From Octopus sinensis (Eukaryota): DNA of 13,796 nt. Below the pieces are notes generated by a model that saw only the letters and a program-made list of their open reading frames with translations, did no database searches and was not told the origin of the DNA. The stretch spans positions 1 through 13,796 of the forward strand of contig NW_021826061.1 in assembly GCF_006345805.1 (NCBI RefSeq), given 5' to 3'. The translations under genes were made by a program, and so were the position numbers. How positions within the stretch are numbered: the first letter of the stretch is position 1; every line of letters begins with the position of its first letter. Shown here piece after piece: positions 1 through 8,435 of the stretch.

Positions 1-76
1 ACAAAAAATTGTATTTTTTTATTATATTTTACGACTACAGAAGAGAAAGTTTGGAAGTATTTTGGTACTTTCTCCA

Positions 77-77
<1 letters not shown>

Positions 78-107
<30 letters not shown>

Positions 108-312
108 TCAACAAAAGTATCAATAATAATGATTAATTCTTTTTAATAAGAATAATAATAATAACAATAACAATAATGGTAATAATAATAACAATAATTA
201 GAATAATGAAACAACAGCAACAAACAAAGAAAACAACAAAAATACTAATAAAGATTATGACAAAAACAATAACAACAACAACGACGATAATAATAATAAT
301 AATAATAACCAT
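78..312. repeat. (AAT)n / (AAC)n compound microsatellite and low-complexity tract
   Basis: Pure AAT run at ~78-104, then interleaved AAT/AAC triplets to ~312. Produces the spurious poly-Ile/Val ORF 133..321. Confidence 0.95.
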
Positions 313-382
313 ACGAACCACTCCAAGGAAGGAAATGGTAAAATGGTACTAATACTAGTTGTTATAGTAAGAACACCAAAAA

Positions 383-395
383 CAGCAGCAGCAGC

Positions 396-432
<37 letters not shown>
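383..432. repeat. (CAG)n-(TAG)n compound microsatellite
   Basis: Short CAG run directly followed by a longer TAG run. Confidence 0.95.
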
Positions 433-596
433 ATGATCAGAAAGATCTTGAGCAGTTGGTAGCGTTTTTCTGTTGTGTCCTCGAAGCCTCTCTCCTGCCT
501 TTACAATTCCTCAGTTCTTTGTCTTTAGATCTCCACCGAATGAAATCTCCTGTGTGATTTATTATAAGTATAGATATTAAAAAAAGATATCTACAC

Positions 597-625
597 AGGT
601 GTGTGTGTGTGCGGCGTGGTGTGTG

Positions 626-658
<33 letters not shown>

Positions 659-720
659 ATTTATATATATATATATATATATATATGTAGATACACCACA
701 CAGACACAGACACACGCATG
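597..720. repeat. (GT)n/(TA)n/(CA)n dinucleotide microsatellite cluster
   Basis: GT run 597-612, TA run ~627-686, CA-rich ~692-716. Confidence 0.95.
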
Positions 721-816
721 TATGATTTTGTCTTTTTTTTCTGGAAACAGATTTTGTTTCTTCCGAAAAACATCGGCTCGAATTTTAACGAAACATGGTG
801 AGTAAATACGATAAAT

Positions 817-837
817 AAATATATATATATATATGTA

Positions 838-888
<51 letters not shown>

Positions 889-890
889 AA
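817..890. repeat. (TA)n microsatellite, left flank of the Helitron-like element
   Basis: Near-perfect TA run. Confidence 0.95.
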
Positions 891-1389
891 ACTGTAGTTG
901 TGTGAATGTCTGTCTCCTACGATTTAGACTCCTAAATCCTCCCACATTTTGCGGTGCAGTTTAACCAAATTCGGGTATCTTATAGTCGTGATTCATATCG
1001 AGCCCGTCTGGCTATTAGCGCGCGTCTACGATGAGTCTACGATTTAAAAATAATTTAACATCATTTTTTATTCCATTTTAATGCATAATTTTCGTGTGTC
1101 GATGGCGGCGGAGTTGGCGCCCACGCTCAAACACCTGCACCTGTGTTTGCTTCTCCCCTTCTTCCTCCCTCGTGAAGCTGTGGGGAAGGGAGTGTAAGGA
1201 AATCAACGTCGTAATGCGTTGTCAAGGAGACCAGCGTTCTTTTAGAACAACGACTTCATGGCTTGAAAGACACCAAAACAGAAATGGCTAAGAAAGCCCG
1301 AATTGGCAACTATAAAGGAAGTAACTCTCTAAAAATGCTTATATAGTTATTTCCCTTACAAACCCGAGCAACGCCGGGCGATACTGCTA

Positions 1390-1390
<1 letters not shown>
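878..1390 (+). mobile_element. Non-autonomous Helitron-like element inserted in a (TA)n tract
   Basis: 3' end is CTAG (1387-1390) followed by T, with a GC-rich hairpin CCCGAGC-AAC-GCCGGG (1363-1378) 8 nt upstream. 5' end reads T-TATATATATAAAACTG after an A, resembling the TCTATATATATAAAA starts of such elements but lacking the C. No TIRs or TSD; sits between A and T as Helitrons do. The 5' boundary is approximate because it merges with the microsatellite. Confidence 0.75.

Positions 1391-1420
<30 letters not shown>
1391..1420. repeat. (TA)n microsatellite, right flank of the Helitron-like element
   Basis: Perfect TA run. Confidence 0.95.
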
Positions 1421-1427
<7 letters not shown>

Positions 1428-1608
1428 TACAGTTATGTTGAAACAGGATTCAGGAAGGTGCAGCATTGATGACAAAACCTTTATGGATTAAATGATGGGC
1501 TAATTCGACTAAGCAACATGTCTTCTGTTTGGAGGGTCAGACCCTAACCTGTCACGGAAAATTGAGGGTGGGGTGTATGTGATTTTTGAACGCCTTGAAT
1601 AGCTGTCA

Positions 1609-2984
1609 GTGGATATACTCTGCTTTGCAGCAGTTGGCCCATTCTATGGTCGACAGTCGAATGAATGTAGTTGCAATGGAGATATTGTACGTAAATTAGA
1701 ACATTAGCAGGAAGGGTGGAACTGCCAATGTTCTGCATTATTCCTTTTCGGTAGATGGATACATCAACATTCTCCAATGGCTATTGTGAATCAGTCACCG
1801 TGCGCAACAAAGCCCATGATTTGATAGCAGATCGGCTCTGTATGCCCCCTTAAACACCTATACTGCACTTTAAAGAATGCTTCAACAACGTTAAGTGCTT
1901 CCTTCAACAGTGCCATTCTAGTAACATACTAATGATGGGAGGTTTTAATTAACCCTGTATGTATTGGTCTACAAACAGTTTGAAACCAGGCACTCCCACC
2001 TCAACTACTGACAAAGAAGCAGTAGAGTCACTTCTCGACTTTATGGACGAGTTTTTCTTATCCCAACTTGTCCTTGCACCAACAAGATGTCAGAACATTC
2101 TAGACCTCTTGTTTAGTAACCACACTAACACTATACATAATATTACAGCGGAAAAAACCTTTCTTTCAGACAATGGCATGGTCCTCTGTAACCTGAGATT
2201 CCACCAGCCGAAAGCTAACCCTAGTAAACCTCTCTCCAGCCCCCCCCCCCCATTTGATAACATGGATCTCTACGATGCCGACTGGGACACAATCATGAAC
2301 GGTCTATCACATGTTGACTGGTCTTTCACACATGCACACACCTCCTCCAGCATCAAAATATCTTGACAGACCTTTGTAGACGCTGTCACAAACATGTGAA
2401 AAACACACCCCACCAAGATCTGTGAAGAAAACAAAGTGAAGAATTCTCCAAAACAGAAAAAAACGATTAAAAAAATAAAAAGAACAAACTAAAATACTGC
2501 CACATATATTTGACGGTTATCGCCCAGCTCGATTCAAAAAGATATAACCTCCAAGAATACATACCCCACAGCCAAAGAACAGCAGAGGAGAAATGGGCCA
2601 TTGCGAAAACCAAACTCAACCCCAAAGCGTCCTTCTCTTTTGCGAAAAACGCAAGGTCACCGTCGCCACTTTTGGCCCTCCAATTGATGTCAATGACATT
2701 ACTGACATCATCAAACACAGCAACATAAGAATCTTTGTAGATGATTCCATTTTCCAGAAGGTCATCAATGAAGTGGGTAACCGGACATGCCTTCAGTCAG
2801 ACCTACTGGCTGTCATCCAATGGCGGAAAAGAATAATATGCTGCTGGACGAGGACAAACGTTCGGAAAAGAGGATCCCTTGAAACTCCCATATTCCATTC
2901 CTTCAGGTGAAACTGTCATGACATCCAACAACACCAGAGACTTGGGAGTAATTGTGGACAACAACATAAGCTGAACTGTTCATA
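1609..2984 (+). pseudogene. 5' part of a decayed non-LTR retrotransposon ORF2 (CR1/L2-group LINE): APE endonuclease, linker and the distal part of the RT
   Basis: Degenerate APE motifs in order: VDILCF (1609-1626), RKGG, FSNGYCE...RLCMPP, ILMMGGFN*P (GDFN-like, 1938-1949), LSQLVLAPTRCQNILDLLFSN...SDN (SDH-like), then DADWD...VDW. Linker EEKWAIAKTKLNPKASFSFAK. RT NDITDIIKHSNIRIFVDD (FADD-like, 2734-2745)...LQSDL...QW, and RDLGVIVDNNIS*. Many stops and frameshifts. Clade within the CR1 group is unresolved. Confidence 0.9.
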
Positions 2985-4275
2985 CGAGGGACGTTCAATA
3001 AGTAATGCATCTGACCCACTTGCAATTGTTTGATCTAGCTGAAATTTTGCATGTGCAATCATTTATATCTCTATAGAGTAAGTGGCAAATTACAGCACTG
3101 AATTAATTGTGGTTTCTGATTTACAGGTGTTTGAACCGAGTCAAGTGTTAAATGGAGCCTGTTGAGTGTCGAGCAGTGATCCGGTTTTTGTATTTGAAAG
3201 GACGTACACCACGGGAGACTTTTGATGAAATGAAAGTAACTTATGGTGATGATGCCCCATCATATGACCTTGTAAAACGCTGGCATCGTGAATTCAAACA
3301 TGGTCGGAACTCTGTGGAAACAGCTCCCAGATCTGGTCGCCCCCGTCTGCCATTGATGAGGCATCTGTCCGTCAAGTTGAGGCTGCCATTTTGGAAGAAC
3401 GACGCATAACTATTCGCCAAATAGCCCATGAGGTCAAGATTAGTACCGGGTCTGTGGAAACTATCATTCATGACCATTTGCATATGCAAAAAGTATCTGC
3501 CAGATGGATTCCCAGGTTGTTCACGCCTTTCCAGAAGCAAGAACGCGTCGAGTGCTCGAGGGTGAATTTGGAGATGTGCCAAGATGATGAATCAAATTTT
3601 TTCAAAAGACTGATTACACAGGATGAAACCTGTGTCCATCACGATGATCCAGAGACCAAAGCCTAGTCAATGCAGTGGAAGCACCGTGACTCACCCCCTC
3701 CAAAGAAGGCAAGGGTGCAGCCCTTCGGTGGCAAGGTCATGCTCACAGTCTTCTGGGACCAGGACGGAGTAGTGATGACAGATTTCCTGGCAAAGGGTAC
3801 CACAATTGCAGGAGCCTATTATGCTTCACTTTTGAGGAAATTAAGAGAAGTTATCAAAATCAAGAGGCGGGGCAAGATCAGCAAAGGCATCCTCCTCCTG
3901 CAGGACAACGCTCCGGTCCACAACTCGCTTGTCGCCAGATCAGAAGCATAGGCGTATGGCTATGAACTCATCCCCCATCCCCCTACTTTCCTAACCTTGC
4001 ACCCTCTGATTTTCACCTCTTCCCAGTCATGAAGTTGTTTTTGAAAAGAAAGCGTTTCCCAGATGATGCAGCCTTGATTTCTGAAGTCGCGTTCAGGTTG
4101 GAGGACCAAGCTGGGGTCTTCTATAAAAACGGTCTCCAGAGCCGCATCAAACAATGGGAGAAATGCGTAACTCTGGGTGGTTCCTATGTAGAAAAAGACT
4201 AATAACTGTGCCAAGTTTCGTTGCTCTACTGCTATGGGAAGTGGGTCAGGGGCATTACTTATTGAACGCCCCTCG
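2985..4275 (+). mobile_element. Full-length mariner (Tc1/mariner DD34D) DNA transposon, probably irritans subfamily, inactive
   Basis: 1291 bp. 37 bp TIRs at 2985-3021 (CGAGGGACGTTCAATAAGTAATGCATCTGACCCACTT) and 4239-4275 (reverse complement CGAGGGGCGTTCAATAAGTAATGCCCCTGACCCACTT), 3 mismatches. TA target duplication at 2983-2984 and 4276-4277. Internal transposase remnant. Subfamily call rests on recalled similarity of the CGAGGGG TIR start and the N-terminus to Himar1/Hsmar2-type elements. Confidence 0.97.
3152..4202 (+). pseudogene. Mariner transposase pseudogene (2 frameshifts, 2 in-frame stops)
   Basis: ATG 3152, HTH region ending RSGRP; WIPRL motif; catalytic D in QDET (3622-3624), D in QDNAP (3904-3906), D in YFPNLAPSDF (4008-4010) with exactly 34 residues between the last two after frame correction; ends EKCVTLGGSYVEKD* (TAA 4200-4202). 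Lesions: 1 bp deletions in C-runs 3340-3344 and 3979-3983, TAG at 3664-3666 and 3949-3951. Confidence 0.96.
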
Positions 4276-4277
4276 TA

Positions 4278-4906
4278 TAAATAGTAACGTTAACATGGTC
4301 AGCAGAATGTGCACCTGGATTCTCGGAACTTTTCAGTTGAGATATAGCCACACCATTATCCTTCTCTTCTCCACTTTTGCCCGACCCCACCTTGAATACT
4401 GTTGTCCACTGTGGTTTCCCCACGCGAAACAAAGTGTCATGAAAGTTGAAGCACCTCAAACGTCAATTACAAAAAACATGGCTGGCATGATGGCTATTGG
4501 GGTCGACTAGAAAAGTTCAAGCTTTATTCTCTCCGAGGTCGTTGTGAGCCCTGCATCATCTGCATGATGTGGAAAATATTCCATCTGCATTGCCCAAATG
4601 ATGTTGGCATCACCTTTAAAACACACCCAAGACTAGGACCCCGTGCTATCTGCCCATAATATAAATAATACTCGCATCACATAACAACAATACGGCACAG
4701 CTATTTCACCTCAATTGTCCCTTGCTCTCTTCGACATTACACCAAAACACATTAAAGCAGAAACAGTCTCCTCAAAGTTCAAGAAGTCTTTGGACAAATT
4801 CCTTCTAGAAATCCCAGATAAACCACCAACACCCGGATATGTCTCCGTAAAAAATAGCTCTCTACTCGTTGAAACTATAATAATGACCACCACGATCAAC
4901 AAATAA
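4278..4906 (+). pseudogene. 3' part of the same LINE ORF2 (post-RT C-terminal region)
   Basis: INSNVNMVSRMCTWILGTF...FARPHLEYCCPLWFPH...KVEAPQ, YWGRLEKFKLYSL, KFKKSLDKFLLEIPDKPPTPGY...NSSLL, stop at 4904-4906. Frame is continuous with the 5' part once the mariner is removed. Confidence 0.9.
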
Positions 4907-5270
4907 CAGCACCACAGGCGTTTTACTGCTACCACCACAATTGCTGTCACCATTATCTCCGCGATTAAACCCCTCCCTATCAACACCATCACAGCCTATC
5001 ATCGTCATCATCATAATCGTTACCACGACTACTACCACCTCATCCTCCACCACCACCACCTCCGCCACCGCCACTACCATCACAACTATCACCGCAACAT
5101 CACCTCCACCGCCAAATCAGCACCGCCAAATCTACATCACCACCACCATACCGCCACCACCACCACACCACCACAACCATCACTTTCACCACCGCCATCA
5201 CCACACCACCACCACCGCCAAGAAGAAGAACTACAACATCCACAAGGACAATAACAGCATCAGCATCAGA
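4907..5270. repeat. Cryptic (CAC)/(CAT)/(TAC) trinucleotide low-complexity tract
   Basis: C/A-rich interleaved triplets immediately 3' of the LINE stop codon. Confidence 0.9.
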
Positions 5271-5499
5271 CAAACATGGAATGTTCGAGATTAATCCTTC
5301 ATTGGTTAAAGATTAAAGTAGATGACCTTGATCTCACTCACTAGTCACGTGGTTTCTTGACCCCCTGATCCCGCCTAGATTAGATCAGATTTAAAAGGCT
5401 TCACTGTCTCTGATCAAAATAAACATGTCAAACCCAAGCGAGGGTGGGGCAGGGATGGTAGGTGAGAGTTGAATATAATGACCGCAAAACAACACTGGT

Positions 5500-5572
5500 A
5501 TTTTATTTTACCGACCCAGGAGGACAATATGTTAGTAATTCTGCTCGGGCGAAATTTGAACTCGGAATGTCA
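5500..5572 (-). mobile_element. Fragment of a tRNA-derived SINE on the minus strand
   Basis: Minus-strand B-box-like GAGTTCAAATT (5553-5563). 5544-5568 matches 7210-7234 at 21/25 positions. Truncated where the plus-strand SINE starts. Confidence 0.6.
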
Positions 5573-5974
5573 AGAGTGGCAGCCTGGTAAGTAGCATGCT
5601 TACCAACCACTTGGTTGCAGGTTCAGTCCCACTACGTGGCACCTTGGACAAACGTCGTCTACTATAGCCTCGGGCCAACCAAAGCTTTGTGAGTGGATTT
5701 GGTAAATGGAAACTGAAAGAAGCCTGTCGTATATATGTATATATGTATGTATATGTTTGAGTCTGTGTTTGTCCCCTCACCATCGCTTGACAACCAATGC
5801 TGGTGTGTTTATGTCCTCGTAACTTAGCGGTTCGGCAAAAGAGACCGATAGAATAAGTACTAGGCTTACAAAAAATAAGTCCTGGGATCAATTTGTTCGA
5901 CTAAAGGCGGTGCTCCAGCGTGGTCGCAGTCAAATGACTGAACAAGTAAAAGAATAAAAAAGAAGAATAAAAGA
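5573..5974 (+). mobile_element. tRNA-derived SINE (Octopus-type), near full length
   Basis: Pol III A-box-like TGGCAGCCTGG (5577-5587) and B-box-like GGTTCAGTCCC (5620-5630); internal TATATG/TG microsatellite ~5730-5770; A-rich tail 5941-5974 (AAGTAAAAGAATAAAAAAGAAGAATAAAAGA). Body recalled as the abundant octopus SINE. Confidence 0.9.
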
Positions 5975-6010
5975 AAGACGTAACAGAACATCGCATTTAT
6001 AAATCTTTGT

Positions 6011-6135
6011 TTTTGGAACGGTGAAACGCGAAGCAGATAATGCTATGTATATAATAGCATGTAAATATTCGGGTAAAAGGCTTTGGATAAGAAAAGTCAA
6101 AGGCTGTTTGGACTTCGAGTTTTACCGTTCCAAAA
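6011..6135. repeat. 125 bp fold-back unit with 23 bp inverted arms (possible tiny MITE)
   Basis: TTTTGGAACGGTGAAACGCGAAG (6011-6033) versus reverse complement of CTTCGAGTTTTACCGTTCCAAAA (6113-6135): 21/23 identical. No clear TSD. Confidence 0.8.
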
Positions 6136-6545
6136 CATTTCACGTTCTCTCGAAGTTTCTAAATTCTTATGACAATTTATTATTTGTTTTTTTAAAATAT
6201 TTTACAGCTTACTAAGAGAAGAGAGAGAGATGTGGAGTGTTTGATTCCCTTTTGAGGGTCATCTAGGGTATGTGTATCTTACGCGATGCCTGGGAAATAT
6301 GCCCTGTGGATAATGTATGACAGGTAAATGGTCAACGCCACCATTAAACCACTGTTACATCACAGCCTCACAAACGATGGAGACAATTGTTTCTTATCTA
6401 AGACTTTGCCTGTCCAAAACATTTTCGGTTTTTTTTTGTCCTGAACGTCCATTCTTGTTTCCAGTCTTGTTTTAGTCAGCCCTCATTTCATACGTTCTGA
6501 GAAACATAAGGCTTTTTTTTTTACAAATTCCAAATTCCTCTAATG

Positions 6546-7055
6546 CAGTGTTTCTCAACCGCTTATTTTTTCCCTTTGGACACCATTGATTCCTATTTTG
6601 GGAAAAAGGAATCATAGCCATTTGATGTCTAAAACCTCCCATTATATTTTTATGATTAAATATTATCAGGAATTGCATAAAAATTTGTTGAAATATTTTG
6701 TGTACAATCGAAGTATTACTAATTTATTGCAGTATTTCGGGACGATCATTTTTTTTCTTTGCCAAATAAACACACGCACTGTATATTCGTTCTTCACTCG
6801 TTTATTACTGTTCTTATTCTAACACATGTCCATTGTCCAGAAATCTTTCGTAACACATCTGTGACCTCCTCAACGACACCTTCCCTCTTCGTGTGTGTTC
6901 TTGCTCTGCTTATTCCATTCAATGGAATTGCTGTTTCAGCATACCAGGAATCTTACAACACAAATTCATAAACGTAATTTATTGCAGATCAATTTTAAGA
7001 AGCAAATCTTAGACGGAACCCCTAAGATCATATAGGTCCTGGTTGAAAACCACTG
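6546..7055. mobile_element. Non-autonomous hAT (Charlie-like) MITE
   Basis: 15 bp TIRs CAGTGTTTCTCAACC (6546-6560) and GGTTGAAAACCACTG (7041-7055), 13/15 complementary. Perfect 8 bp TSD CTCTAATG at 6538-6545 and 7056-7063, the size diagnostic of hAT. Confidence 0.93.
6733..6974 (-). mobile_element. 242 bp insertion with 13 bp target duplication; probable 5'-truncated 3' end of an RTE-like LINE
   Basis: Flanked by TAATTTATTGCAG at 6720-6732 and 6975-6987. Minus-strand open frame 6794-6952 (DSWYAETAIPLNGISRARTHTKREGVVEEVTDVLRKISGQWTCVRIRTVINE*) loosely resembles RTE C-termini (W...WIP..G.R.RGRP..RW.D...K..G..W.....DR.EWR), followed by an A-rich stretch. The duplication is solid; the identity is inferred. 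Confidence 0.5.
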
Positions 7056-7204
7056 CTCTAATGGCTGAAAGAACTGGGAATCTGCATCTTATATGATGCA
7101 TGGATGCCAGAGGAATACGTCCTGTCTACCACCTGTGATATAGAATACAGGTAAAAAATTAACCTCAGTAAATCTCTCGGAAGAATTAAAACAAATAAAT
7201 AACA

Positions 7205-7297
7205 ATTCACTCCGGCGAGGTTTGAACTCGAAATAACACGGCAGAGACATGCATAAACGCTTGCAAAGCAATTCCTGCGATTCTCCACCGATTCTGT
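7205..7297 (-). mobile_element. Old tRNA-derived SINE head on the minus strand
   Basis: Minus-strand B-box GAGTTCAAACC (7219-7229) with an A-box-like CAGAATCGGTGG upstream at a tRNA-like spacing; homologous to 5544-5568. Confidence 0.55.
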
Positions 7298-7569
7298 AAA
7301 CAAACAACTGTTAAAATAAACCGTCGCTAAAAACAAAAAAAAACAAAAAAAAAAACAGCAGCAGCTGCAACAACAAATTCAGTTGCATAAACTTAATCCC
7401 GAAATCCATGTTTGGTATTTAGAATTGAGGAACGAGAATAAAATAGGATTAAAGGTGTGTTATATTTTATCTTCAGACTGATAACATCTAATGCCGTTCA
7501 TAAAACCAGTGAGAAATCCTTCCACCACACTCTTAATTCTGTCTACTCCCACTAGAAAAAAGATCTGTT

Positions 7570-7613
7570 TGTATGTATGTATTTATGTATGTATGTGTGT
7601 GTGTATGTATGCA

Positions 7614-7662
<49 letters not shown>

Positions 7663-7702
7663 AATGTATGTGTTGACACACGCACGCACACACACACATA
7701 TG
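7570..7702. repeat. (TATG)n/(TA)n/(CA)n compound microsatellite
   Basis: Direct reading of the tandem units. Confidence 0.95.
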
Positions 7703-7828
7703 TACATACACAACCAACAGAGCAATGAGCGTGCAAAGGCCATAAACAGTAGCAACATCCCATAATAATTCTTTGAAGCACGGTAAGAAATTCTACAATT
7801 CTTCGGGATTATCTAAGATTGAAGAAAA

Positions 7829-7921
7829 GAAGAAGAAGAAGAAGAAGAAGAAGAAGAAGAAGAAGAAGAAGAAGAAGAAGAAGAAGAAGAAGAAGAAGAA
7901 CAACAACAACAACAACAACAG
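7829..7921. repeat. (GAA)n-(CAA)n compound microsatellite
   Basis: Long perfect GAA run to ~7899 followed by a CAA run. Confidence 0.97.
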
Positions 7922-7994
7922 CACCGTCAGCACTTGAGTGAACGATAGTCTATATATACGAATGGAAATTAATTAAATATTCCAGTGTAATGTA

Positions 7995-8204
7995 ATAATA
8001 TATACCTGCATACATACATGCATGTGTATAAATACATATGTGCGCGCACACACACAAAAACGCACGCACATATATACATACATGTAGGTATATATCCATT
8101 CATTCATATATACATGCACATACGTACATATATTTGCATGTGTGTATATATGTACGCATACGTACATAATACGTGCACACATGCATACATAAATAGATAA
8201 ATAC

Positions 8205-8256
<52 letters not shown>

Positions 8257-8435
8257 ATATACACATATATACATAATATATATAACACAGCACACACACA
8301 CAACACCCACATATATATATATATATATACATATATTATATTATGTGTGTGTTTTTATATATATATGAATATATATTGTTTGTGTGTGTCGATAATTATA
8401 TATAACATATACATGTACACACACACACACACGCA
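7995..8435. repeat. Long TA/CA/TG compound microsatellite field
   Basis: Interleaved TA, CA, TACA and TG runs; source of several spurious ORFs. Confidence 0.93.

Noticed and set aside
433-560. Minus-strand open stretches including GERLRGHNRK (CR1 TRGH-like) and a CTGAGGA hammerhead-like core
   Set aside because: The motif is not followed by the expected CR1 C-terminal residues, and no stem II/GAAA follows the CUGANGA.
133-945. ORFs of 62-94 aa at the window start
   Set aside because: Translations of AAT/AAC and TA/CA microsatellites (poly-I/V, YIYI); no domain content.
1094-1291. 65 aa ORF inside the Helitron-like element
   Set aside because: No Rep or helicase motifs; most likely a chance ORF in the GC-richer interior.
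3241-4214. Minus-strand ORFs 3241..3582 and 3960..4214
   Set aside because: Antisense shadows of the mariner transposase.
4862-5294. His/Thr/Pro-rich ORF 4941..5294 and Val-rich ORF 4862..5092
   Set aside because: Products of the CAC/CAT low-complexity tract; no splice or homology support. Similarity to the reverse complement of 12470-12600 is compositional only.
5573-5650. Possible tRNA gene
   Set aside because: A and B boxes are present but no complete cloverleaf or T-run terminator, and it continues into a SINE body and tail.
5532-5891. 119 aa minus-strand ORF
   Set aside because: Lies wholly within the SINE.
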